DNA from: the human T2T-CHM13v2.0 reference genome, Homo sapiens
DNA length: 64,000 nucleotides
Reading direction: 5' to 3' (one strand)
NCBI RefSeq assembly: GCF_009914755.1
Contig: NC_060935.1
In this document: piece by piece, positions 47,612-61,093 of the stretch
How the letters are laid out: each line of letters opens with the position of its first letter
Position numbering within the stretch: position 1 is the stretch's first letter
Position numbers and translations under genes: made by a program
The notes under the pieces: model-generated
What the model saw: the letters and a program-made list of their open reading frames with translations, nothing else
Databases searched by the model: none
Told to the model about the DNA's origin: nothing

Positions 47612-48426
47612 CTGGGCCAGGACAAGGAGGAGGAGGAGAGAGACAGACACAGAGAATGCATGATTACCATTTCTGGCTCCTTTTCCTTGGGAACGGAGGA
47701 GTAAGGACTGCCCTTCTAGTGGAGGAAGACTTTAAGCCTCCTCTAAACCTCTCTGCAACCAGAGCCCTGAAGGAACAGCCACCACTCTCAGGACAGGCCT
47801 CAGCTCTGCAGGGTCTCCCAGCACCAGGTACCAGGCTCCTGCCAGGCTCCACACAGGCTCCACCCTTCCTCCCAGGAGGACGCTGACGGGGGCTGGCAAA
47901 GGGCAAAGCAGTTTGGCAGAGGCTACAGGGTGTCTGTGGATTCATAGCCCTGAGGCTGGGACCCCAGCAGATGGGAAGGACTAGGGTACATCCTTAGGAC
48001 AAGCCATTGTAGCTTTTTAGCCCCATAGGGCACATTCGGCATACCATTCCTTTTTTTGCTTCTTTTCTCCCTTTCTTGATCCACCTCCATTCTAAGAGAG
48101 CAAACTGAAAACAAGAGATGGGAGCTACTGTTTATGGAACATTTGCTATACCTGACTCCTGGGCTTGGGACTTTACAAGAGATTTGTGAGAGAGGGATTA
48201 TTATCCCCTTTATAGATGAGGCAACTGAGTTCAAAAAGATAAAGCCATTGCCTAAGGCCACCTATCTAGAAGCTGTGGAGCCAGGAGTTTGCTTTGGCCC
48301 TGTTTGGCTGTCTTACCCCTAAAGCCTGCTGCTTTCTGACAGGAAGGAAAGAAAACAAAGACACTGGGTAGAGGTTTGCTATGGAGTAAAGGAGCAAAAG
48401 AAGAATGGGACTTAAAAGGTAGGCAT

Positions 48427-48725
<299 letters not shown>

Positions 48726-49714
48726 GGTGGGTAGCTAAAGGGGAGACATGCACTGAGAGCTCCCAGGCCCGGAGCCCCCATGCAGGCTGCAGTGCCTTCT
48801 CCAGCAGGACTCAGAGGCCTGGAGGGCCTGGCAAGTCCGAGTGGGGAGGGAGCAGAGCAGCAGGTGCTGGCCCCTCGTGCAGGCTGCTAAGCAAATGCAG
48901 ATGGGGCTATTTCAGTCTCCAAACCTGCTGGCCACACGTCACAGATCTAAAGAGAAGGCAGAATCTGTTTTTGTCCATATTAGGCCTGAAACTCACTCCT
49001 GTCTCTTTCCCTCTCCCCCGCCTCCCCTAAAGCCCCAAGTGATTAAATCAAGTATGTGGGATTTGGATCAGAATCATTGTGTCCAATCTGCAGGAATGCC
49101 GAGCTAGTGCCAGCCCCCTTGGCAGAGACCCAGCCCAGGCCCTCTCTGAGCACGCCAGGACAAACACGCTCTTCCCTGGGGGCAGCAGCCCCACTACAAA
49201 GGAGCAGCTCTGCTCCATCTATGTTCCAGCAAAGGCAGCCTTCGCAACACTCCTTCCAAGCCTGGGAGGCCCAGGCGGCCAGAGGCATGCTGGCCTCTGC
49301 CTGGCTCACCACCTGGCATCACTCCTGTGCATACGCCCTTTGCCCCTCCATGGGCATTCTACCTCCCCACGCCCCCTCTCCCCAGTCCATCCTCTGGGGG
49401 TGATCCAAGAGTACAAATTGGTGACAAACGACTTCCCTTCTGGTTCTGTATGACCTTGGGCAAGTCATTCTACCTCTGAGTTTTGACTTTCCAATCTATG
49501 GATCAGGGATAATAATAACCCATGGGCTATTGTGATCATTTTCTTTTAAAAGACATACTTGAAGCATCTAGCTTGGAATGTGACAGGTTCTAAACAACAT
49601 TTATTCCCTCTTATTCCCTTGGCCCTTCCCTCCTGTGTTGAAAGTCCAATCTCCTGTAACAGGCCATCTAAAGTTCCTCGAGAGGGAGATCCATGTTAAA
49701 CTCATCTTTATATG

Positions 49715-49756
49715 AGCACGTGCCTGACTCTCAATAGCACGTGCCTGACTCTCAAT
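49715..49756. repeat. Perfect 21-bp tandem duplication containing CACGTG
   Basis: agcacgtgcctgactctcaat x2. Confidence 0.97.
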
Positions 49757-50509
49757 AGGTCAGGGCTTCTGATAAGGGATGATAAGTGTTTCTGAATGAA
49801 TGAATGGCCGGCCCCAAATCCTTCCTTCAGGGCTCCTGCCCCCTTCATCTACCCCTAGACTGGTATCTGGGGAGGCTTTCTCTTGCTAAGGCCTGGAAAC
49901 CCCAAAACATTGTCAACAACCCAGTAGCTCCAAGCTGGGAGTGCAGCAGGGGCCAGGCTCTGAGCCTCTACCCAATCTATTTCCCAGGACTAATGGGAAG
50001 GGAAATGGTGAGGGACTTCTCTTTACAAAATGGCTAACATTTTCAAAACCTAATCCCTTTCCCCTAGATTCAAGGTATCTCTCTCAGATTCCCAGAGAAG
50101 GTATGTCTCTGTCCCTGCCCAATCTCCAGCCCCACCACACCACAGAAAGGCCTCCTCCCCACTACAGGCTGGCCAGGTATGGGGGTGAGGAAGGTTGTCC
50201 CTCACCTAATCTGATGCATATACACATACTGCTGGGGGCGATTCGATCCTGCAACCAGAGACCAGCAATCAGAGCCCATGATCCCAAGGGAAATGACGAA
50301 AAAGTAGAGAAAAACTAAAAAGACATGAAAACCCACTCCCTCCCCTTACTCCAGATAACCTCCGATCCTAAGGCCCCCTCAGAAGCACCACTCTGAGCCC
50401 TGCTCTCCCAGGGTAGCCTCACCTGTGAAAGTGTGTGTGTTGGCAGGGGGTTCGGGGTGGCCTCAGGAAGCATAACATAGGATTTCATACAAGCTAAAAT
50501 TGCAGAAGG

Positions 50510-50510
<1 letters not shown>

Positions 50511-50550
<40 letters not shown>
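50511..50550. repeat. (CA)20 microsatellite
   Basis: Uninterrupted CA repeat. Confidence 0.97.
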
Positions 50551-50554
<4 letters not shown>

Positions 50555-50601
50555 GGCCTATCCCCTGCCTGCTGGCCTGAGGACCGAATGGCCTCACTCA
50601 C

Positions 50602-50671
50602 CAGTAAGCGCCTGCAGTAGCCAAAGCGTCTGCTGCCATCTTCCCCAGTCAGCATGAAAGAAAAGGTCTCA
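50602..50671 (-). CDS. DENND2B: DENND2B exon (uDENN)
   Basis: 70 nt; ETFSFMLTGEDGSRRFGYCRRLL, the uDENN F-x-F-x-LT..G.R.FG.C motif. Confidence 0.96.
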
Positions 50672-50878
50672 CTGGAACAAAGAGAGGTCTGGCATCAGGG
50701 AGGTGTGAGAGGACCTAGGAAACAGCCCCCAAGAATAGGGACCGTCATTTTCACGTGGGGTGAAGGGCCAGGTTGCTGTAGGAGAGGATGAGACTAGAGC
50801 AGGCCCCACTCAGGTGCCCACGCTATGGGGGTAAAGAAGGCTATGCTCCTTCCTCCCTCAGGCCAGGCCAGGCCTCAC

Positions 50879-50988
50879 CTGCTATACTCTGACACAGGAA
50901 GCCAGTCCTTGGCATCAGGGAAGCAAAACTGGGGAATGGCTTTGAGCCTTTCCTCTGCCTCTCGCATCTGCTTGGTGGGTCGGTCCAG
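50879..50988 (-). CDS. DENND2B: DENND2B exon (uDENN)
   Basis: 110 nt; LDRPTKQMREAEERLKAIPQFCFPDAKDWLPVSEYS. Confidence 0.96.
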
Positions 50989-51296
50989 CTGCAGGGAAGA
51001 AGGAACCAGGAGATGACATGGAACCTGAGGGCGGGTGGTGGTGGCTGAGAAGCCCCTCCTCCCCTGAGGGCCCTAGATGCCACTGACTAGCGGGCATGAT
51101 CTCAGCAACCCTTGTCCCACTCCGAATTCTTACAGAGCCCAGAGTCATCATTCATTCATTCAATAAATGCCAGCGGAGTGCTTTCTATATGGCATCTGAC
51201 ACGGTGCTATGCGCCAGGGCTCTTGGCTCTCAATGGAAAACAAAGGGGACAAGGTCCCCGACCTTACACATTCTCGTCAGCAGAGTGAGATGGTCA

Positions 51297-51962
<666 letters not shown>

Positions 51963-52307
51963 CTAAAATTGATTGTGGTGATGATTGCACAATTCTGTGA
52001 ATACACCCAAACACTGAACTGTATACATTAAGTGGGTGAACTGTATGGTATTCAATTGTTCTGGATTTTATTATAAGCACATTGAGAGGTTCTTTCTTAG
52101 TCCTCATCCTTTGAACAAGCACTGGCCCAAACCCACCCCCGCTGCAGCCCTGTCTTCCCTCCTGGCTGAGAGGAGGCAGGTTCAGGGCTGTGGCAGCTCG
52201 GTGAGGACGTATGACGAACAAGATCTCTCTCCTTCCCCAGATAGGCCTGGCGGATAGAGGATGGAAGAGGGGGAATATGGGCAAGGTGGGGAGAGAGAAG
52301 GCCTCAC

Positions 52308-52492
52308 CTTGGGAAACTGGTAGGAGACTTCGGGGAGGTAGGTGTTTCGCGATGGCTTCTTCTTGAGGGACACCACCACAAAGTACTCAAAAAGCTCCCG
52401 CTCCTGCCACTCCAGCAGCTCCAGCTCCAGCGTGCGATAGCTGGGGGCGCGCTTCAGCATCGACTGGATGTGGACCAGGCGCTGTGTGTGGG
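52308..52492 (-). CDS. DENND2B: DENND2B exon
   Basis: 185 nt; AHTQRLVHIQSMLKRAPSYRTLELELLEWQERELFEYFVVVSLKKKP..YQFPK. Confidence 0.96.
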
Positions 52493-53128
52493 CTGGAGGC
52501 AGGTTGCACATCAGGGAATGGACCCTCACAGGCCTCATGTTAACTCCTCTACCCCTGGCTCAGGGCTCCATTGCTGTGGAGCACTTTTAAGTACGTGAGC
52601 CTAGTCTGATACCATCCCCAGCTCACAGTGCAGGAGGACCGGCAGGCACAAGGTGCTGACCCCTGCACAAAGACTCTGCCCTGACACAGGAAGCTGCGGG
52701 CCTGGTCCTCCTGGAGCCTCTGGAGACTGAGCTGGGGCAGGAGGACTGCCGAGGCCAGGCAAACCCAGGGATGTATCTTGGCACCCACTCTGTCCCTGTA
52801 CCAAAAGGACTAGAATACACGAACATCCACGAAGGCTTCATCCTTGGGCCCCTAGCAGGACATGCTCCTACATCCAAAGTCCACTTGCCCATTTGCCTGG
52901 GGATGAGAGGATAATCATCCAGGAAGGCCTAGGCAGGGTTTCCCAGTAGAGAAAGCACAAAGATTTATCCAAGGACCCTGGAATGTGAAGGTTCCAGAAC
53001 CTTTTCAAGCTCCTCTCTGGGGACAGGGGAGATGGGGGACTGCAGGGCCTCCAGAGAAACAGTTTCCTCAGTCTACGGCACATTTCTTGCCAGAAGAGGT
53101 CCTTGTAATCTTCTGTACCCCTCTCTGA

Positions 53129-53548
<420 letters not shown>

Positions 53549-53754
53549 TTAACCTTGCAGGGCTGAGCTCACATGTCTATAAGGACAGACTTCCCTGTGG
53601 CTCCCTGCTCTATTGTTCTGGTATCTGGCCTGTCTGTCACCTCTCCACATCAGGCCGGTTAGGGACACTGGAACCACACATGCATCGGAAGGGAAGGCTG
53701 ATTCCCTGCAGCCCTGCTGGGAGAGCTTCCGTACTCATGGGAGCTGTGCCTCAC

Positions 53755-53799
53755 CTTTGAACCTGTCATCAGAGTCGCTCTCGCTCTCACTGTTTTCAT
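53755..53799 (-). CDS. DENND2B: DENND2B 45-nt exon
   Basis: TTCCAG|AT..AAAG|GTGAGG; DENSESESDSDDRFK. Confidence 0.93.
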
Positions 53800-54366
53800 C
53801 TGGAAAAGGAACAGCAGAGTACATACTTGCTGGACCTCACAGCCAATGTTTTTTGCTCCCCCACCACCCCAGCTTTTCTCACAGGGGATGGATCTCTACC
53901 TTCTCTGGGCTACTCTGGGCCCATGGTCAGGCATCTGCAGGCAGGGAGCTGAGTGGCCTGGGGCCAGGCTCCTTCAGAGCTCACACTGCGAATCCTATAT
54001 TCAAACCCATGAGGGAAGCTGAGGGCCTGAGTTGGAGGCTGAGCCAGAAGAGGGGCCTACAGGCCTGGAAAAGATGGACCCTGCCTCCAGGAGGTCAAGA
54101 TTTGAAATGGGAAACAGACCGCAATGCTCAGTGAGTCTGGCCTTTCCTTTTGCAGAAGCCGATTCCCACACCCACCTCCCTGCTCAGGGCCTCACAGCCC
54201 AAAGTCTGAAGGAACCCATCCCAGACCTTTCTTCCCTGTCTGCTCCTCCCTCCTATGTGGCCATTTCCTGGCAGGGCTCTACCCTCCACAGGTAAATTGA
54301 TGCCTCTCCCGTTCCTAATGCCCAAGGGCCCCAAACAGCTGAACCAGCTCTGGCACCAAAGCCTAC

Positions 54367-54463
54367 CTCTCAGTGATGCTGTTTCAATGCTGGACATAGA
54401 CAACTTTTTTAATCTCTTCTTTCCTCTCTTGGCATTGTAGATGGAGTTAATTCTTTGGACAAG
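54367..54463 (-). CDS. DENND2B: DENND2B exon
   Basis: 97 nt; LVQRINSIYNAKRGKKRLKKLSMSSIETASLR. Confidence 0.95.
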
Positions 54464-55359
54464 CTGGGTGAGAAAAGCAGGATGGGTGAGGTAACCTTAA
54501 CACCAGCTGCCCTACTTCCAAGAAGGCTGAGTAGGAGCCCATCCCTGCCCTTAATGGTACAAGCTTTCTGCATTGCACCCGCTGGGTCCAGGACTGGTCT
54601 AACTGCAGAACCGACCTCAAGTGGTGACTCACCAGCCATGCATGGTAGCTCTCCATATACCTAGTCCCCCAGGAGTGGTCTCCTGCCCCAAGACAAGGAC
54701 ACTAAACTTAGCTCCCCAGAGGAAGGAACTGTGATCAAACTAGACAGGATGGTAGCTCCTGGGTCCCAAGAGTCATTGAACCAACTGAGACAAAGAGCCT
54801 CTGAGATGCAATAACAGGAACAAGGATTCTAGCCTTTCCCCTCTGGGCCATAACCTGGGGCCCCGACAGGAAGAAGCTAAATTCCCAATATACCCAAGCA
54901 TTGTTTGCAGGTTAAAAATACCATCTGGCTAAATCCTGCTGCGTTGGGCTGGGGATTTGGGCCTGGCTGCCTATGTGTGAAAATCATTGCTGAAAATTCT
55001 TCAATGCTGAGAGTTATAGGAAGAACCCTTGTTTGAGTCCTAGGTCCTTGAAAGCCTGGAAATGCTTATGTGTGCGGATACCCCAAAATTCATACACCAC
55101 ACTTACTAATGGGGAACCTCGGCTAGACTTTCCTTCCTCTAACATCTGAGCACCAAGGTCAGTTAATGCATCTTTATTGATAAGAAAGGGGAATTAATCA
55201 GATGAAAAAGAGGCCAGTGCACGGACCCAGAATTTATTCAAAGGGAATCGAGGAAGCAGTCCAGATTAGGGAAGGAAGGAAGCCAGGAAAGAGAGAGAAA
55301 GGCTGGCTGCCTGCCCGCCCACCTGCCCGGCTCCAGTGGGCTGCCTCTGGGGAGGGTAC

Positions 55360-55575
55360 CTTGGGAATGCGGCGGGCCCGGCGGCTGGACAGCAGCTCGC
55401 TGGTGGTGCTGAGGCTGTCTTCATTGAGGCTGGAGGGTGAGGACGGCAGACTCAGCTGAGCCAGCAGCAGCATGTCGTCATGGCTGTGCCTCTTGGGTAA
55501 TCGTGGCAGCCGGTGGCTCTTCCTTTCTGACCAGTTCCCACTGCGCAGGGACTGGCTGTTGGGTTTCAGGGAAAG
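55360..55575 (-). CDS. DENND2B: DENND2B exon
   Basis: 216 nt; LSLKPNSQSLRSGNWSERKSHRLPRLPKRHSHDD..RRARRIPK. Confidence 0.95.
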
Positions 55576-56407
55576 CTGGCGTGGGGGAGAGGACGTGCGA
55601 GAGGGGCTTGCCACAGAGGCCTTGGCCAGTGTCTGTCTGCTGGGATGGGGACACAGAGGCCAAGGGCCGGCATCCCTGGATCCCCGCCATCTTGCCCTGG
55701 AACTTCCATCCCTCTCTTAAGACTTTAGCTGCTAATCAGCCAGGTCAGGGATAGATTAGATACTTGCCTTCCCTAAAGGAAGCTTCACTACTGCCAGCAA
55801 AAAACGAAAGCAGAGGCTAAAAACACCTGTGCTCTCATCTGAGTGGAAAAAGAAGACTAAGTGGGAATTTTGCGGGGGTCCTCCTGAGCTATGGGACAAG
55901 AATTACTGGGCCTGGGTGATGGAACCAGTCTTCCGGACCTCTGCTCCCGAGCCAATCCTAAAAGGTTTCTGACAGCAGAGGCCATAACCTACTGGCCAGC
56001 CTGCTGGGCTGGGAGATCCTGCAGCCTGGCCCTCCTAACTGCTCCCATGGAGAACACAGGGGCTCTGGGCTCTGACCACCAAAGCTGGGCCAGGCAGGCC
56101 TCACACTGAATTGGATCCCATACCCACAAGGCCCTGGCTGCCCTCTCCCCAGCCCTGATCTACTCTCTGCCTCTCTCCATATGCGCTGACCTCTCATCCC
56201 AGGGCACCATCCTTGTCGCGGACCCTGTCAGGAGGCAAGTATCCCACAGACACCCAACCACTGTCTGGTTCTGGAATTGCCTCTCCTCACTCCTCAGCAA
56301 ATCCTCCTTCCTCCACAGCCCCCAATTTCCTGTTCTCACCCAATCAATCTGGCAATGCAAACTCAGGGGAAGCCTGTTTGAAAAGAGTCCTAATTAGAGG
56401 GTAAATC

Positions 56408-56699
<292 letters not shown>

Positions 56700-57497
56700 A
56701 TGGGGTAAATCTTTTATAAAAACAAACACCTTATTCCAAAGGCAGAAGAAATCATTTTTATATTATCATTTTATATTATCTGGCCAATGCTATATAATAT
56801 CCAGGTCCTTCCATTTGCAAAGAGAATTAGAGTTACCTGGGGAGGTCAGAGAAGCCTCTCCACCTGCCTCCTGACATCCTGGACAAGGACAGAAGGAGCT
56901 GAAGTCCAAGAGCTTCCTTTGGCTTTTCACCTTTCCTGTCATTCTGCCTTCTCCCCATCCATTCCTTAAAGATTCATGCTTACTCTCTCCCACAGGACTG
57001 GCTCCAGGTGTCACAGACACCTGTCTGGCTCTCCAAATGTGGTTTGGGGACCTACACCTAGCCCCCTAATGCCAGTACTGAGATGACTTCTGGCAGAGTT
57101 GCAGAATGCCAAGACTCCCACTAGGGCCCTGTCTTCCTGTTTCCCACAGGGTGATAAATAATCAGAGAGGAGACTGCAAGGGCTCCTGGCTGAGTTTTGC
57201 AGCTCAGAGCTTGTGTAGGAAGGGAAAGAAGATAGGACAGGATGCCCCTCAGAGCAGGTGCCAATTGTCCACAGAGGTTTCAACATGGTGGACATCCTTG
57301 AGTGCACAGTCCTTTGCTGAGGAGACCTCCTTTATCAGACGAGATCGGGCACGTTCAGGGTGGTATGGCCGTAGACCCTTTATCAAGTACTAGTGAGGGT
57401 AAAAGCCTGAGTGGAAGCTGGGCCCAAGTCTTGGAAGAGCAGGCCCCCACTGTGGCCCTCACGCTAACCCTACAGGCCGATGTCAGGGCTGAGTTAC

Positions 57498-57649
57498 CTG
57501 TGTGGGCGGGCTGTTGTACTTCCTGTCCTGAGGACTCCACATCCTGTGCAAAGAGTCCAAGGAGTTCTCAGACAGTTGCTGGGATTTTCGTCCTGCTCTT
57601 CGGCTCTTTAAGTCCACATCCTCATATGGATTCTCCTTGGGCAGATCTC
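57498..57649 (-). CDS. DENND2B: DENND2B exon (most 5' coding exon in the window)
   Basis: 152 nt; GDLPKENPYEDVDLKSRRAGRKSQQLSENSLDSLHRMWSPQDRKYNSPPTQ; the 16 exons from here to 33850 total 1937 nt and stay in frame. Confidence 0.95.
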
Positions 57650-59674
57650 CTGCAGAGGAGGAAGAGTTAGAGAAGGGGGAGAAGGGAAGAAGGAAACACA
57701 CGAACTCACACACACACAAATAAACAAGCAGAATTCCTGTGAACCAAAGAGAATGGCTTCTGCCTGGCCCCTCAGCTCATGAGTCATGCAGCTGCCCGTC
57801 TGCAGTGGGGAGGCTACAAACAGATCCTGGCTCCAAGTCCAGAAGCAGAGCCCACCCCCCCACCCCCCCACCCCCCCCAACCCCCCACCCCCAGCCCAGC
57901 TCAGCCTGGCCTCTGCTTTATAAATTCAGGGATTGCACAAGACTGGCTCAGCCACCCCTGCCTGTGCCCAGCCAGAGGACAAAGCCAGCAACAAGAGTCT
58001 TTCCTTGGCTCCCTTCCCTCTGCTGCAAACACCCCAGAGATAACACAGTTCAAGGTAGGAAGGGTTTTCAGGTCACATGGCTGTCCCTTCACCCAACTCT
58101 CAGGGGATCTCCCTGGGGACCTACTTTGGAGGGTGGGCATGGAGGAACTCACAGAACCGTAGGGAGCAGGGCTTCGCCAGGCCCCCTTCTCACCTACGAT
58201 GCCGTTCAACAAGTCTTTTAGGGCAGGGTTTTGTGTTGTTCACTGAGGCAACCTCGGAACGGAACAGTGATTAGCAAGGAGGAAGTGTTCAGTAATGATC
58301 TGTTCGATGACTCTCCTACTGTAGTGTCTATTCCCTCTACCGCTGATCTCAGCAAAAAGAGAACCATCAACACTCCCCTTTTGGAACAAACTCTCCTGCT
58401 GTGACACAGGGGAGGTGTGAAAGGCTTGGAAGGAGTCTGGGCCAAAGGGTGGGGGTGAGGGGAGTTCTTGCTTCTCAGGACTAGTTCTAAAATCTCTGGC
58501 AGCGGGCATTGTATTGGCATTACCAGAAAATCTCAGAAAAGTCCAAAACAGAATCCCTGCCCTTGAAGATGTTGAGTGGCACTCCTTTCCACAAGCTGTA
58601 TCTCCTGCCCCCACCCCTCCAACACACACATTTTCTAAAATAGAGTAACACCATGGGCCGGGTCAGTCCTAGCTCAATCCTGGTGGCAGAATCCGTGGGG
58701 TGAACAGGTCCCTGGGGAACTCAGAACACAGCCCTCTCTGCACCCCTTTCCCTATTTTCCTGCTGCAGAGCAGGACTCACTCCAGCACCTCTGCTCAGCA
58801 GCAGGATTGAGCCTGGGTGCCACTGAGTCCCACACTTGTTCTACAGATGTCTGAATGTGCCTTACGCCCCAGAGGAACTCAGACCCCACTCCTCAGGAAG
58901 CAGGCAGAAGAAGGAGCTGGAGGACGAGGAACAAAGGCTGCTGAGAGTGAAGCTTTCCTAGAGAGGACACGGGAGAAGAGCCAATCCCTATATGCTTGCA
59001 GATTCCTCCATTTCCAAAGTGGAGCTCCCTCCACATTGTGGCATCTACTTATGCAGAACCACAACGAATTTAGGAAATGCTCTAACAGAGTTAGGGTGTG
59101 GGTGTGAAGGAGGGATTTCAGTGACAGCTAAATAGACTGCAGTGGGAGCAATATAAATCTCTGTAAACTTATGAGTCAAAGATGGGTCACTGGGATTTGG
59201 GACTGGATTAAGTGATTCCCAACTCCAAGCAGAGTCCCCAGCAATGGAACAGACCTTTTCCTGTAACACAGTCATGCTATTAAAATGACTTGTCTCCATT
59301 CCAGAGCCCTGACTAAGCGGAGCTGGCCCAGCAGCCCTGTCGCAAGAAGCCAAATAGCAAACCCGGCACCCCCTGCATGTTTTCTCCAGCCTACCCCACT
59401 GTGGGGCACTTAGGGAGGTGTTGGGGATGGATTCTCTACTTCTTGATCCTTCCCCAACATATGCCCTGCAGGAGTGAGGAGGTGGGGGAACTAAGAAGGG
59501 AGAATGCCAGGACACAGTCTTCTGATCCCCTAAAACAGGACCAGAGCATCACTGTCCACATCACGGCAGGGAGAACATTTATGCCAAGCTCAACAAATCG
59601 AAACTGCCTTGGACTGCATGATCAGCCAGGGCCTTTATTGTCATCCCCAACCTATAGGAAGCCTTGTCCCAATC

Positions 59675-59941
59675 CCAGGGGTTTCTCCAAGCCACTGACA
59701 TTTGGGGTTGAATAATTCTTGTTGTGGTAGACTGTCCTGTCCATTTTTAGGATGTTTAGTGGCAACCTTGGCTTCTATCCACCAGGAGACATTAGCATCT
59801 CCTTAGCTATAACAGCCAAAAATGTCTCCAGACACTGCCAGATGCTCTCTGGGACGGACAGAGGGAAGGAGGGAGAGAGAGGGAGGGAGGCAGGAATGGA
59901 GGGAGGGAAGAGTGAAGTTGTCCCCCAACTGAGAACCACTG
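59675..59941. mobile_element. MER20-like hAT element
   Basis: 'actgacatttgggg..ataattcttgttgtgg..ctgtcctgt..aggatgtttag..aaaatgtctccagacactgcca..tgagaaccactg'. Confidence 0.75.
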
Positions 59942-61013
59942 CTTTAGATAGAGCTTTCTAAACTTCCAATGGCTTCTGAGTGTGACATGAGTCCCAAGAC
60001 TAGCCCTCTTTTTTTTCCATCCTTCCCTCCTTCACCTCACTCCCTCCTTCCTTCCTTCTTTTCCCTACAGTAAGAGCTTTGAATATTGATACAAAATCCA
60101 AAGCTCCAAGAAAAAGACATAGGATACTGAGGCCCAGGGAAGTAATAGATGTACAAGCCTGGTGCACATCACTGACAACCCAGGGGAAAACAGCCAGCAA
60201 CATCAGGTTCTCAAGATAGGTCCTGTCTCTGGAAACTCAATTTCAGGAAGGCCTGCTCCTCCCCAGCCCCTTGTGCCAGCCTCTCTTCTCCAGCAATGTT
60301 TAACATCCTGTCTAATGTAACAAAGCCACTAATCAGTTCTCCAGCAAATAGACGGCTGGCTGCAGCCCACACGCTGCCTCCCCAGCCTCAGCTTGGTCCC
60401 TTCACTGCCCTAACTCATCTCTCAGCTTCCTGGACCATTCCTGACTGCCCCGGAGGAGCTGTCTCAAATAGATTCTCCCAGTCATCTCTCCAGGTGGACA
60501 GGGGACCAGGGGATGGAGATGTACAGAGACAAGTGGACCCTGAGTCCTGGACCACTAAACTGAACCAGCTGAGAGCAAATAAGTATCAAAGGAATGGCTC
60601 AGAGTTGGAGGAGACGGTAGGCTGGGAAATGGTGTGCAGAACATCCTAGGGAGGACAGAGCTAAAGGAGCTAAGGCTGAATGGGAGATTCAGCAGGGGCA
60701 TGAATGGGAGACAGGGAGCCTGGCAGACTGCAAATTTCTACCTGCATTCCTGCCCACACAGCTTTCTTGGGACAGTCCACATGACCCTTGGAGAGGGACG
60801 AAGAGGTGGACCCTCTTCCCTGAAGGCCTGGCCCTCAGCAAGCCCAGCTGGAGAAGCCAGAGGTCTCAACCTTTCCCAGCTTGGATGATGAAATAAGGGA
60901 CAAAAGGCATCACCGAGAATTTCTGCTTTGCACTCTTCTAAAAGGGGATTATCAGAGCCCAAAGGTGTCACACAAATCCTCTTAAAGGAAGAATCCAGCC
61001 CCTCTGGGCCCTG

Positions 61014-61093
61014 CTCCCACTCCTCCCCACAACCTCCCACTCCTCCCTACAACCTCCCACTCCTCTCCACAACCTTTCACTCCTCCCATAACT
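61014..61093. repeat. 20-bp minisatellite, about 4 copies
   Basis: ctcccactcctccccacaac-like units. Confidence 0.85.

Noticed and set aside
59860-60060. Purine tract (ggagggag..) followed by pyrimidine tract (ccttccctcc..) as a possible hairpin or triplex
   Set aside because: Low-complexity complementarity only; common and not specific.
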